37,695 bases of DNA, taken from positions 1 to 37,695 of the forward strand of contig CAYSOB010000002.1 in NCBI GenBank assembly GCA_964432575.1. Direction: 5' to 3'. Origin of the DNA: an uncultured Candidatus Saccharibacteria bacterium (GTDB lineage Bacteria; Patescibacteriota; Minisyncoccia; Phycocordibacterales; UBA1006). Both the position numbers and the translations under genes were made by a program. The notes beneath the pieces were generated by a model that saw only the letters and a list, made by a program, of their open reading frames with translations, was not told the DNA's origin and did no database searches. Shown piece by piece: positions 1-8,548 of the stretch (position 1 is the first letter of the stretch; each line of letters starts with the position of its first letter).

Positions 1-7
1 GAATACA

Positions 8-730
8 ATGAATATTTTTGTTCCAAAAGATTCAAATGAAAAAACACCATTTATATTGCTGATACATGGTGGTGCATGGATATCTGGAGATAAAAACGAT
101 GTTGCAATTGTACAACTAGCGTTAGGAAAAGAAGGAATTGCCAGTGCGGCCATTAATTATCGATACGCATCGAAAACGGTTCATTATACAGAACTGATGA
201 ATGATGTAAATTCTGCGGTTGATTATATTGTTTTACATGGAAAAGATTGGAATGTAAATACAGAAAAAATGGCAATAGGTGGCATTAGCGCTGGTGCACA
301 CATGGCAATGTTATATGCGTATCATTATGATTCCGGGAATCATATCAGTTCTGTAATTTCTTTGGCTGGACCAAGTAACATTGCAGATGTAACTATTTTA
401 AATGCTTCTGTTGTTAATAAATTAATTGGCGGTGTTGAAAAAATGGTAGGGACAACATATACTGCAGGACAATCCTTGAATCAAAAATTCAGTGATGCAA
501 GTCCTATTAATTTTATAAAAAATGTTCCAACGTTATTAATTCATGGAACAGGCGATACAATTGTTGCCTATGATCAATCGGTAAAAATGGACGCAGCTTT
601 AGCTGCTGCTGGAGTACCACATAGATTAATGAGTATCACAGGAGCTAATCATGATTTAGGGTTAGGCAACCCGACGACTGCAAAAAATATTGCAGATGAA
701 GTGGTAATGTGGGTAAAGAATTATCATTAA
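8..730 (+). CDS. alpha/beta-fold hydrolase (esterase/lipase-like); N-terminus possibly cut by window edge
   Basis: 240-aa ORF. HGGAW oxyanion-hole-type motif, GxSxG nucleophile elbow (GISAG), and late GD and NHD acid/His candidates. The frame stays open back to nt 2, so the true start may lie upstream of the window. Confidence 0.7.
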   Translation: MNIFVPKDSNEKTPFILLIHGGAWISGDKNDVAIVQLALGKEGIASAAINYRYASKTVHYTELMNDVNSAVDYIVLHGKDWNVNTEKMAIGGISAGAHMAMLYAYHYDSGNHISSVISLAGPSNIADVTILNASVVNKLIGGVEKMVGTTYTAGQSLNQKFSDASPINFIKNVPTLLIHGTGDTIVAYDQSVKMDAALAAAGVPHRLMSITGANHDLGLGNPTTAKNIADEVVMWVKNYH

Positions 731-756
731 TAATTTTTTGTGTTATAATTTTAGTC

Positions 757-1623
757 ATGTCTAATAGTGGTTTTGATAAAAATTTTTACAAAATTTTAAA
801 AATAAATAAGTCTGCAACAAGTCTTGAAATTAAAGATGCTTTTAAGAAACTAGCAAAGGAACACCATCCAGACCATGGTGGTGATACACAGAAATTTAAA
901 GAAGTCCTGGAAGCGTACCAAATTTTAAGTGATCATGCCTCTAGAAAATCCTACGATTGGTATTATGAGTCACATTACAATTTTTCAGATGAAGAATATA
1001 GAGATAATAAAGAACAAAAAACGTACAAATCTCAAGAACCAGATATTTCTGATAATAAAAGAAGAATTGATAAAAATTTAAAAAATATAATTTGGGCCAT
1101 GGTCATAGGGATCTTTTTTGTCATTATAGCAAGTATTTCAAATCTTGATTCACAAGATAAAATAACCACAACAAATTTTAGCTCTACAAAAACAGAAAGT
1201 AATATTGTCTGGTTGGGATCTGAGGCTGTTACTATAAAGAATAATTCTTTTTCAATGAATTGGTTTATCTTAGGAGACACTATTACTTCAAATAAAGTTG
1301 TTACACAGTTCGATTATTTGTCTAGTGCACCTTCGTCTTTGTCGGGGCAATTCATTATTGTTGTTTTGTCAGATAAAAATAGCGGAAATAGTTACACAAG
1401 TTCTACTGTTAAAAATATAAAAATAGTTGATGAAAATGGAAGGGAGTTTTTCCCATATTATTTAAATCCAGAAATTATTGGAATTCGTGATGAAAATGGT
1501 AAAGTGGTTAAGGTTAATAAAACATTTTTAGGAGCTGCACCAGGACTGGTTGATAAAACCGCTTATGTTTTTGAAGTTCCAAAAGATATAAAAGCAATAT
1601 CTCTTGGATTTAGTATGGAATAA
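757..1623 (+). CDS. J-domain (DnaJ-like) membrane protein with C-terminal extracytoplasmic beta-rich domain (DUF4352-like)
   Basis: ATG 757 preferred over the track start at 709, which overlaps the upstream gene. TATAAT at 744-749 ends 7 nt before 757. J-domain signature YKILKI..AFKKLAKEHHPDHGGD with the HPD tripeptide. One TM helix (IIWAMVIGIFFVIIASI). The C-terminal part resembles DUF4352-type domains by eye. Confidence 0.7.
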   Translation: MSNSGFDKNFYKILKINKSATSLEIKDAFKKLAKEHHPDHGGDTQKFKEVLEAYQILSDHASRKSYDWYYESHYNFSDEEYRDNKEQKTYKSQEPDISDNKRRIDKNLKNIIWAMVIGIFFVIIASISNLDSQDKITTTNFSSTKTESNIVWLGSEAVTIKNNSFSMNWFILGDTITSNKVVTQFDYLSSAPSSLSGQFIIVVLSDKNSGNSYTSSTVKNIKIVDENGREFFPYYLNPEIIGIRDENGKVVKVNKTFLGAAPGLVDKTAYVFEVPKDIKAISLGFSME

Positions 1624-1661
1624 AAATTAAAATAAGAATATGTTTTTTAGTAAGTAAAAAT

Positions 1662-1690
1662 AAAAAACACCCAATCGGTGTTTTTTATTT
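1662..1690. terminator. bidirectional rho-independent terminator between the J-domain gene and ssrA
   Basis: AAAAAACACC / loop CAATC / GGTGTTTTTT hairpin, flanked by an A-run and a T-run. Confidence 0.6.
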
Positions 1691-1692
1691 TG

Positions 1693-2092
1693 TGGAGATG
1701 GGGGGAATTGAACCCCCGTCCATATGGGTCGATACAAACGTCTACATATTTAGTTGCTTTCAATACCGCTTGCAAGAGCGATGTTCCGCACTAACCTCTG
1801 GAAAGAAACAAAGAACGGGTTAGTGTTTGGATGAAAAAATGTTTCGATCACTGTGTTCATCAGCACAGGGAAGGATGAGTCTGAAGATATGACACGAAAT
1901 TGGTTATGTCAGACACACGACCAGTTCGCGGCTTAATATAAATTAATTAAGCAAGTACTGCTCCGTTAAACGCAAAAGCGTAAGGCGAAGGAGTTGATTT
2001 TGAGTTTGCATTTCAAAGTTTGCAAGATTTACCAGATTGCGCTGGACATGCATTGGTATCGAGGATTCCACATGTCAAAGCCGGTCATCCCC
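1693..2092 (-). ncRNA. ssrA: tmRNA (transfer-messenger RNA)
   Basis: The minus strand reads 5'-GGGGATGACCGGCTTTGACATGTGG... and ends ...GGGGGTTCAATTCCCCCCATCTCCA. It has a 7-bp tRNA-Ala-like acceptor stem with the G3:U wobble and a T-arm GGGGG/TTCAATT/CCCCC. Length is about 400 nt. Candidate tag ORF resumes at GCA (tmRNA nt 84-86) and reads ANSKSTPSPYAFAFNGAVLA-TAA, with the stop inside a GCTTAAT/ATTAAGC hairpin. An alternative resume GCA lies at nt 70-72. CCA is not encoded. Confidence 0.9.
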
Positions 2093-2094
2093 AA

Positions 2095-2535
2095 TTAGTT
2101 TTTCAATAACCTACGGATTTCACGATCCGCATCACGTTTTTTGATGTCTTCGCGTTTATCGTGTTTGTTTTTTCCGCGCACCAGACCAAGTAATATCTTG
2201 ATCTTGCGGTTTTCAGTATACATCTTGATTGGTACTATTGTCAATCCCGCTTCTGATTTTTTTCTGAACCAGTTATTAATTTCTGTTTTGTTTAACAATA
2301 ATGTTCTGGCACGATAGGGGTCATAGGAAGGAGGTGTGTTTTTAACTTGATAGGGAGGTATAAATGCTTTTACTAATTGTAATGCCCCATTTTGAAAGAC
2401 AACAAACGAATCATTGATGGTTCCGTGATTTTTCCGCAATGATTTCACTTCGGCACCAGAAAGAACAATACCTGCAGAAATAGTATCTAATACATCATAA
2501 GAACGATAAATATGTTTATTTTCTAAAACATTCAT
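2095..2535 (-). CDS. smpB: SsrA-binding protein SmpB
   Basis: Motifs GIVLSGAEVKSLR, LVKAFIPPY and KLLL-type NKTEI, plus a basic C-terminal tail. Start re-called to ATG 2535 (MNVLENK...). TACAAT ends 7 nt upstream of it. The stop lies 2 nt before the tmRNA 5' end. Confidence 0.9.
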   Translation of the reverse strand: MNVLENKHIYRSYDVLDTISAGIVLSGAEVKSLRKNHGTINDSFVVFQNGALQLVKAFIPPYQVKNTPPSYDPYRARTLLLNKTEINNWFRKKSEAGLTIVPIKMYTENRKIKILLGLVRGKNKHDKREDIKKRDADREIRRLLKN

Positions 2536-2542
2536 ACGAATG

Positions 2543-2571
2543 ATTGTAGCACAGGCGACAGTCATTGACAA
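2543..2571 (-). promoter_or_regulatory. sigma70-like promoter of smpB-ssrA (TTGTCA-17-TACAAT, 7 nt to ATG)
   Basis: Minus strand reads TTGTCA (2571-2566), a 17-nt spacer, TGc-TACAAT (2548-2543), then cattcgt and ATG. The -35 overlaps a plus-strand TTGACA (2565-2570) that faces the divergent membrane gene. Confidence 0.5.
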
Positions 2572-2606
2572 ATTGTTATTTATATGTAAAGTATATCTCA
2601 AATACA

Positions 2607-2924
2607 ATGCCTATGTTTTCAATGGATTATTCAATCCTTGTCTTGGTTACTATTGTTTCAAACGTTTTATTCCTTATTATAGCAATATCCGATATAAGGG
2701 TCACTTACCAACAGATTTTTGCAAAAGAAAAAAAGAATTTTAAATCTAGTCTGTGGTTCGAATTCTTACTGTTTGCGGTAGCATTGTGGTCTGCGGGAGA
2801 TTTACTTTTAAATGAAGTCACCCCTGCTCGGTTTGAATATTTTTTGTTAATTTCTGGAATAAACTCGGCACTCTTTATTTTATTGTTAGCGCTGGAAAGA
2901 GCTTTAATCAAGACAAGGTATTAG
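2607..2924 (+). CDS. small hypothetical membrane protein (about 3 TM helices)
   Basis: ORF with hydrophobic segments (ILVLVTIVSNVLFLIIAI; FEFLLFAVALW; LLISGINSALFILLLAL). First ATG is at 2607; the track start at 2565 is a TTG. The start is uncertain (ATG 2613 is also possible). No recognisable family. Confidence 0.4.
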   Translation: MPMFSMDYSILVLVTIVSNVLFLIIAISDIRVTYQQIFAKEKKNFKSSLWFEFLLFAVALWSAGDLLLNEVTPARFEYFLLISGINSALFILLLALERALIKTRY

Positions 2925-2929
2925 AATGT

Positions 2930-2957
2930 GGTTCCCAACAATGGGAACCCTTTTTTA
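2930..2957 (+). terminator. rho-independent terminator
   Basis: GGTTCCCA / ACAA / TGGGAACC hairpin followed by a T6 run. Confidence 0.65.
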
Positions 2958-2986
2958 TTTGTTAGAAATCTGTATACTGGGTGCAT

Positions 2987-4891
2987 ATGTCAGCACCAAA
3001 ACAATCAAAAAAACAAAAGAAAATGCCAGGTAAAACAACCTTTTTCCAACAAGTCATTTCAATGATCTTGGTTTTATTGGCAATTGGGTTTTTGTACTCA
3101 TCATTTAATAGTGAGGCAAAAAAAACAACTGAAATAACCCTTTCACAGGTTGCCGAAATGGTAACTGCAGGTCAGGTTGCAAATATCACTGTAAAGGGTG
3201 ACACGCTTACTATTACAGCAAAAGACGAAACAAAGAAAACTGCTAAAAAGGAAACCGGCGCATCATTACCTGAAACACTTGCTACCTATGGGGTGTCCGG
3301 TGATGTGTTACGCAATACACCAATAACAATAAAATCAGAAAGTAATGCGTGGATTATTGTTTTAAATATCCTTTCCATCCTTGCACCAATTCTATTTATT
3401 GGGTTCTTTTTCTGGTACATGTCACGACAAATGAATGGCGCAGGTGGCGGAATGAAAGCGTTTTCTTTTGGGCAATCAAAAGCACGGGTAACTGACCCAA
3501 ATGATAAAAATAAAAAAATCACTTTTGCTGATGTTGCTGGAAACGAAGAGGCAAAACAAGAATTAACTGACGTCGTAGATTTCTTAAAAAATCCAAAAAA
3601 ATATTTTGATGTCGGCGCAAAAATGCCAAAGGGAATTTTATTAACTGGTGAACCAGGGACAGGAAAAACATTACTTGCCAGGGCAGTTGCTGGTGAGGCA
3701 GGTGTGCCATTCTTTCACTTGTCTGGTTCAGAGTTTGTGGAAATGTTTGTAGGTGTCGGTGCATCACGTGTTCGTGATTTATTCGAACAAGCAAAATTAG
3801 CATCACCTGCAATTATTTTTATCGATGAAATTGATGCCGTAGGACGTTCACGTGGTGTTGGAATTGGGGGTGGAAACGATGAGCGTGAACAAACATTAAA
3901 TCAAATTTTGGTAGAAATGGACGGGTTTGAACCAACTGAAAAACTGGTGGTTATGGCAGCAACAAACCGTGCTGATGTGTTGGATGCAGCACTGTTGCGA
4001 CCTGGGCGATTTGACCGAAGGGTGTATCTTGGTCTTCCAGACCGAAAAGATCGCGCGGCTATTTTAAAAATCCATTCCAATGAAAAACCTCTGGAAAAAA
4101 ATATCAATCTTGAAATAGTCGCACAACGAACACCTGGTTTTTCTGGAGCAGATTTACAATCATTAATGAACGAGGGTGCAATTTTTGCAGCTCGTGAAAA
4201 TCGAACTACGATTACTCAGAATGATTTATTATCAGCAATTGAAAAGGTTTTGATTGGACCTGAACGAAAATCTCATCTACACACAATACATGAACGTAAA
4301 CTAATTGCGTATCATGAAGCAGGTCATGCAATTCTTGCGTCTGTGTTGCCACATGCTGACCCGGTACATAAAATTACTATTATTCCACGAGGGTCTGCTG
4401 GTGGATACACGTTGAATATTCCGGTTGATGAACGAAAACTGACAACCAGTGCTCAGTATATTGATGATATAACAGTGACATTGGGTGGTTACGCAATTGA
4501 AAAAATCATTTATGGTGATGTTACTACAGGGCCATCAAATGATTTACAAGTAGTAACCAGAACTGCGCGGGACATGGTAACAAAATGGGGAATGAGTGAA
4601 TTACTGGGACCTGTTGCATATGCAAAATCATCAGGAATGATTCCAGGATCTGGTGCTGGAAATGAATCAAAAGAATATTCCGGTCACTTGGCACAAAAAA
4701 TTGATGAGGAAGTTTCTCGAATTATTAATTCAGCATTACAAGTTGCAACAGAGACTCTTCATCAATATCGTGATGCAGTAGAGGCAATAGTAGTAAAATT
4801 ATTAGAGGTAGAAACCTTGGAACAGGAAGAATACAATGCAATTATTAAACAATTTGGTATTGAACCAAAAGTTGCCCAAAAAACTGCCTAG
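2987..4891 (+). CDS. ftsH: ATP-dependent zinc metalloprotease FtsH
   Basis: Two N-terminal TM helices. AAA+ Walker A GEPGTGKT, Walker [12 protein letters not shown] region and zinc motif HEAGH. ATG 2987 lies 8 nt after TATACT (2973-2978). The track start at 2981 is a GTG only 2 nt after that box. Confidence 0.95.
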   Translation: MSAPKQSKKQKKMPGKTTFFQQVISMILVLLAIGFLYSSFNSEAKKTTEITLSQVAEMVTAGQVANITVKGDTLTITAKDETKKTAKKETGASLPETLATYGVSGDVLRNTPITIKSESNAWIIVLNILSILAPILFIGFFFWYMSRQMNGAGGGMKAFSFGQSKARVTDPNDKNKKITFADVAGNEEAKQELTDVVDFLKNPKKYFDVGAKMPKGILLTGEPGTGKTLLARAVAGEAGVPFFHLSGSEFVEMFVGVGASRVRDLFEQAKLASPAIIFIDEIDAVGRSRGVGIGGGNDEREQTLNQILVEMDGFEPTEKLVVMAATNRADVLDAALLRPGRFDRRVYLGLPDRKDRAAILKIHSNEKPLEKNINLEIVAQRTPGFSGADLQSLMNEGAIFAARENRTTITQNDLLSAIEKVLIGPERKSHLHTIHERKLIAYHEAGHAILASVLPHADPVHKITIIPRGSAGGYTLNIPVDERKLTTSAQYIDDITVTLGGYAIEKIIYGDVTTGPSNDLQVVTRTARDMVTKWGMSELLGPVAYAKSSGMIPGSGAGNESKEYSGHLAQKIDEEVSRIINSALQVATETLHQYRDAVEAIVVKLLEVETLEQEEYNAIIKQFGIEPKVAQKTA

Positions 4892-4902
4892 GCAGTTTTT
4901 TG
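4877..4902 (+). terminator. rho-independent terminator overlapping the ftsH stop codon
   Basis: AAAAACTGCC-TA-GGCAGTTTTT palindrome with the TAG stop at its centre, followed by a T-run. Confidence 0.55.
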
Positions 4903-4955
4903 TTTGACATTGATCATTAAAAAGTTAATATTGAAAGAAATTAAAACAAAATACT

Positions 4956-5573
4956 ATGGAACTCTATGCTATTCTTCAAGGTTTTCTGGTGGGAATAGCG
5001 ATAGCTTTCCCTAAAGGTCCCGCAGGTTTTTTGGTTATTACACAAACGATTCGTTTTGGGTATACCAGCGGAACGCGGCTTGCAAAAGGTCCGATTGTTA
5101 CCACATTTATTTCGTGTGGAATACTTATCATTCTTTCAGAATGGATTGCTATTACAGGTGATCAAATCCATCAAATCAGAGATAATTTCCTTATACATAT
5201 TATTGCTGGATTTTTCCTCTTAGCGGTTGGTTTGTATATTATGTTTTTCTTGGAAGAAAAACCGACTACCGCACAGAAATTATTTCTGTATACACTACTC
5301 GAGCCGATGTTGTTTCCTGGGACGATTGCTACATTTATTTGGATTTATCCAAACATTTTTCAAGAGTCTTTTTCTATGAAGTTGTGTTTTTTCTTGGGCA
5401 TAGTTATAAGTACGTTTTTGTATTACGGAATTTCTGTTGTATGTTTTAGCAGATATTTTCAAAAAACAAATTCAGAAAAAATAAGGAAAATACAGATATT
5501 TTTTGGAGGAATTTTTGTTCTTTTTGGATTTTTCACCATCCTACTTGCAAACTATAAAACAGTTTTCTTTTGA
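4956..5573 (+). CDS. LysE/RhtB-type exporter-like membrane protein
   Basis: 205 aa with about 6 hydrophobic helices. The N-terminal G-rich helix plus KGPAG segment resembles the LysE-family N-terminus. Assignment is by eye only. Upstream is TTGACA (4904-4909), a 16-nt spacer and TAATAT, giving a 24-nt leader without SD. Confidence 0.45.
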   Translation: MELYAILQGFLVGIAIAFPKGPAGFLVITQTIRFGYTSGTRLAKGPIVTTFISCGILIILSEWIAITGDQIHQIRDNFLIHIIAGFFLLAVGLYIMFFLEEKPTTAQKLFLYTLLEPMLFPGTIATFIWIYPNIFQESFSMKLCFFLGIVISTFLYYGISVVCFSRYFQKTNSEKIRKIQIFFGGIFVLFGFFTILLANYKTVFF

Positions 5574-5626
5574 AAACTGTTTTATTTGATTTACCTTGTA
5601 AAATAGGGTAGTATTCAATTACCAAT

Positions 5627-5700
5627 GGGAATATAGCTCAGTTGGTTAGAGCACAGAGCTTATACCTCTGCGGTCGATGGTTCGAATCCATCTATTCCCA
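5627..5700 (+). tRNA. tRNA-Ile, anticodon UAU
   Basis: Clean cloverleaf: acceptor GGGAATA/TATTCCC, D-arm GCTC-AGTTGGTTA-GAGC, anticodon stem CAGAG/CTCTG with loop CT-TAT-AC (anticodon at 5661-5663), T-arm GATGG-TTCGAAT-CCATC, discriminator A. CCA not encoded. Confidence 0.85.
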
Positions 5701-5726
5701 CACACTTGTTAAAAATTTTCATAAAA

Positions 5727-5753
5727 TAAAAAACCACGTCCTGTGGTTTTTTA
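5727..5753. terminator. bidirectional terminator (tRNA-Ile on +, recG on -)
   Basis: AAAAAACCAC / GTCCT / GTGGTTTTTT hairpin with an A-run on one side and a T-run on the other. Confidence 0.6.
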
Positions 5754-5754
5754 T

Positions 5755-7923
5755 TTATTCAAGATGAGGCGCTTTTGCTAATGTTTCAATGTATTTTTTT
5801 AGGACGATATGTGTTTTTAATTCTGGATCATCTGCAATTATTTGTTTTGCTTCTTCACGGGCATATTCAACTAATTTAATATTTCGTAATGCATGCATGG
5901 CAAGATCTGAAATACCCCATTGTTTTGCACCAAGTAAATCCCCAGCACCTCGCAAGTTTAAATCCATTTCCGCAAGTTCAAATCCATTTTTCGCTTCCAA
6001 AAAACTCTTTAATCGTTTTTCAGTAACACTGCCCATTGATTCGGTAAATAGAAAACAATAGGGTTGATGTGAACTTCGCATAACTCGTCCGCGTAATTGA
6101 TGTAACTGAGAAAGTCCAAACCGTTCTGTTCCTTCGATAATCATCACACTTGCATTCGGAACATTTACACCCACTTCAACTACCGAAGTTGAAACTAGGA
6201 TATCAATTGTATGATTTGCAAACTCCTGCATGACATGCTCTTTCTTTTGTTTAGTCATTTTGGAATGCATGATACCAACGGTATATTCTGGGAAAACTGT
6301 TTCCTGTAACCGTTTTGCTTCGGCTGTTACTGACCGTAATTGTAATTTTTGCTCAACATCTGGATCAGAATCACTAATACGTGGACAAATTACATATGCT
6401 TGGCGTCCTGCATGTAATTCTTTTCGCATAGTTTCATAGGCACTGTCACGTTTGTCTGGTTGTACTAATTCTGTTTTTACAGGTTTTCGACCACTTGGCA
6501 TTGTGTCCAATACTGAAATATCCAAGTCACCATAGATTGTCAAAGCAAGTGTTCGCGGAATAGGTGTTGCGGTCATTGATAAATAGTGAGGTGCATGGCC
6601 TTCTTTTTTTGCAAGTTTCATTCGTTGATTGGTCCCAAATCGATGTTGTTCATCGATGATTACCAATCCAAGATCATGAAAATCAATTGATTTTGAAATT
6701 AATGCATGGGTTCCAACCGTGATTGCGATTTCTCCACTTTTTATCCATTTTGTTAATTGTGTTTTTGAAATTTCTGTCCATGGTTTCTGACTTGATGCAA
6801 CCTTGGTAGGGAATTTACGACAACCTGAACCAGTAACCAGTCCAATTGAAATACCGGTATTTTTAAAATATTCGATAAAGTTTTCAAACAACTGAACCGC
6901 TAATACTTCGGTTGGTGCCATGTAGGCAACTTGCAGGTTTCCATAAGTTTGTCCTGCTGGGCGATTCATAATGGTTGCATAACTTGCTACAGCTGCTAAA
7001 AATGTTTTTCCAGAACCTACATCACCCTCGATTAGTCGCGACATCGGTTCTTCAGATTCCATGTCGCGGAATATATGTTCCAGTGCACTCATTTGACCTG
7101 TTGTTGGTTTAAATGGAAACGTTCCAATGAAGTCAGTGATATCTTTTTTTGGAATTGATAATTTAAATGAAAATAATTCTTGATATTGTTTTCGTTCGAA
7201 TGCTTTCTGTACATGGATGAGAAAAATTTCCTGAAATGCAAATCGTTTTTGGGCTGCGTCGGCATGCTCTTTTTTCTCGGGCATGTGCATCCAAACCAAA
7301 GCCGTTTTTAAATTAGGTAAATGAAATTTTTTTAGGACACTGTCTGGTAGTGGATCAGGAATAGTTGCATGAATGTTTTCAGAAAATATTTTTTTTACTG
7401 TGTGATAAATCCACTTGCTGGTAATTCCACGAGTTTCCCGGTAAATAGGGAATCCGACGTCTTTTGCATCTTCTGTGTTTTCAAATAAGGAATCAGAAAC
7501 ATCAACAGGTAAATAACCAGTTTTTTCGATATGAGGATTCATGAAAATACGACCATTTTTTCCTTCACTGATTTTTCCGGTTAGTTTTACTTGGTCACCT
7601 TCGGAAAACATTTTTGCCATATAGGGTTGGTGCATCCAGATGATTGAAATAGTTGTATCTGAAATATCCCGTAAAGTCGCTTTTGCCATTGGAATTTTAC
7701 TTTTCCATCCCTTGGTCAAACTGATTTTTGACAAAACACCGTATACGGTTATTTCTGTGTCTGGTTCTGCGTTATCTAAAACAGTTATAGTTCCAACATT
7801 GCTGTAACGAATTGGAAAATAATATAACAAGTCATGAGCGGTCTGGATACCCATTTTCCCCAGGGCCACCGACTGTTCAGGAGATATTTTCGTTATTGCT
7901 TTTATGGCAGTTTCGGGCTTCAT
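5755..7923 (-). CDS. recG: ATP-dependent DNA helicase RecG
   Basis: N-terminal wedge/OB region. SF2 helicase motifs GDVGSGKT (Walker A), DEQHRFG, SMTATPIPRT and the QLHQLRGRV motif VI region. Start re-called to ATG 7923 (MKPETAIK...), with TGt-TATACT ending 7 nt upstream. The track start at 8007 would run through the upstream gene's terminator and 3' end. Confidence 0.92.
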   Translation of the reverse strand: MKPETAIKAITKISPEQSVALGKMGIQTAHDLLYYFPIRYSNVGTITVLDNAEPDTEITVYGVLSKISLTKGWKSKIPMAKATLRDISDTTISIIWMHQPYMAKMFSEGDQVKLTGKISEGKNGRIFMNPHIEKTGYLPVDVSDSLFENTEDAKDVGFPIYRETRGITSKWIYHTVKKIFSENIHATIPDPLPDSVLKKFHLPNLKTALVWMHMPEKKEHADAAQKRFAFQEIFLIHVQKAFERKQYQELFSFKLSIPKKDITDFIGTFPFKPTTGQMSALEHIFRDMESEEPMSRLIEGDVGSGKTFLAAVASYATIMNRPAGQTYGNLQVAYMAPTEVLAVQLFENFIEYFKNTGISIGLVTGSGCRKFPTKVASSQKPWTEISKTQLTKWIKSGEIAITVGTHALISKSIDFHDLGLVIIDEQHRFGTNQRMKLAKKEGHAPHYLSMTATPIPRTLALTIYGDLDISVLDTMPSGRKPVKTELVQPDKRDSAYETMRKELHAGRQAYVICPRISDSDPDVEQKLQLRSVTAEAKRLQETVFPEYTVGIMHSKMTKQKKEHVMQEFANHTIDILVSTSVVEVGVNVPNASVMIIEGTERFGLSQLHQLRGRVMRSSHQPYCFLFTESMGSVTEKRLKSFLEAKNGFELAEMDLNLRGAGDLLGAKQWGISDLAMHALRNIKLVEYAREEAKQIIADDPELKTHIVLKKYIETLAKAPHLE

Positions 7924-7948
7924 AATACGTAGTATAACATAACAAAAT

Positions 7949-7968
7949 AAAACACCTTGCGGTGTTTT
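7949..7968 (-). terminator. terminator hairpin overlapping the response-regulator stop codon
   Basis: AAAACACC / TTGC / GGTGTTTT hairpin. On the minus strand it is followed by ATTTTGTT, then the recG -10 box. Confidence 0.5.
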
Positions 7969-8338
7969 ATTTTCCAATAATCGCTTTAATTTTTTCAGCC
8001 AATTCATCTAGGGTAAAGTTTGCTTTTACCAGGTATTCACTTACACCCAAGTCGAGACATTTTTTAATATCATCTTCTTCTCCAAGATTTGAGAATACAA
8101 TTACTTTTAATTTTTTGGTAGCCTCGTTTTCTCGAATTTTTTGAAGTACTTCAAACCCAGAAACATTTGGTAGCATTAAGTCTAAAATAACTAAATCAGG
8201 CGGAAGTGCCATAATTTTAGCTAATCCATCGTCACCAGTTGGCGCGATGTCCATTACAAATCCTTCCGCTTGTAATTTTGTTACTGCCAATGATCGCAAG
8301 AAATCGTCATCTTCTACAATTAATATTCGGTATGCCAT
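7967..8338 (-). CDS. single-domain response regulator (CheY-like receiver only)
   Basis: 123 aa. Receiver signatures EDD acidic pocket, phospho-acceptor context DLVILDLMLP, downstream S/T and K (VFSNLG..., YLVKA). No output domain. Promoter is TTGTAA-17-TATACT, 8 nt before the ATG. Confidence 0.85.
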   Translation of the reverse strand: MAYRILIVEDDDFLRSLAVTKLQAEGFVMDIAPTGDDGLAKIMALPPDLVILDLMLPNVSGFEVLQKIRENEATKKLKVIVFSNLGEEDDIKKCLDLGVSEYLVKANFTLDELAEKIKAIIGK

Positions 8339-8451
8339 ATGGGAATAGTATACGGCACAACCTTATTTTTTACAAGCCAACCTAATTATTTCAAGTCTTT
8401 TTTTATTTATTATTTTATGGTAGATTAGCAACGTTCAGGTTGTGCATAGAC

Positions 8452-8538
8452 GGAGACGTGTCAGAGTGGTCGAACGTACCTCTTTGCTAAAGAGGCAGGG
8501 TGTTATAGCCCTCGCGGGTTCGAATCCCGCCGTCTCCG
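8452..8538 (+). tRNA. tRNA-Ser, anticodon GCU (type II, weak D-stem)
   Basis: Acceptor GGAGACG/CGTCTCC, discriminator G. Anticodon stem CCTCT/AGAGG with loop TT-GCT-AA (8486-8488). Long variable arm (AGGG..CCCT). T-arm GCGGG-TTCGAAT-CCCGC. The D-loop GAGTGGTCGAA is canonical, but the D-stem TCA/CGT gives only one Watson-Crick pair. Confidence 0.75.
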
Positions 8539-8548
8539 CACAAAAATT

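Noticed and set aside
7924-8007. Longer N-termini offered by the track for recG (8007), smpB (2607), pilO (11837), the minor pilin (19752), the PilX-like gene (21082), gyrA (35024) and the J-domain gene (709)
   Set aside because: The extensions overlap upstream genes, terminator hairpins or the genes' own -10 boxes, and they add non-homologous residues. In every case the internal ATG lies at the recurrent 6-10 nt distance from a -10 box, or directly after the upstream stop codon.
7949-8375. Response regulator plus recG as a functional two-gene system
   Set aside because: The receiver gene has its own promoter and a terminator hairpin overlapping its stop codon. recG has its own -10 box 7 nt from its ATG. 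No kinase or output partner is present in the window. Adjacency alone does not support a functional link.
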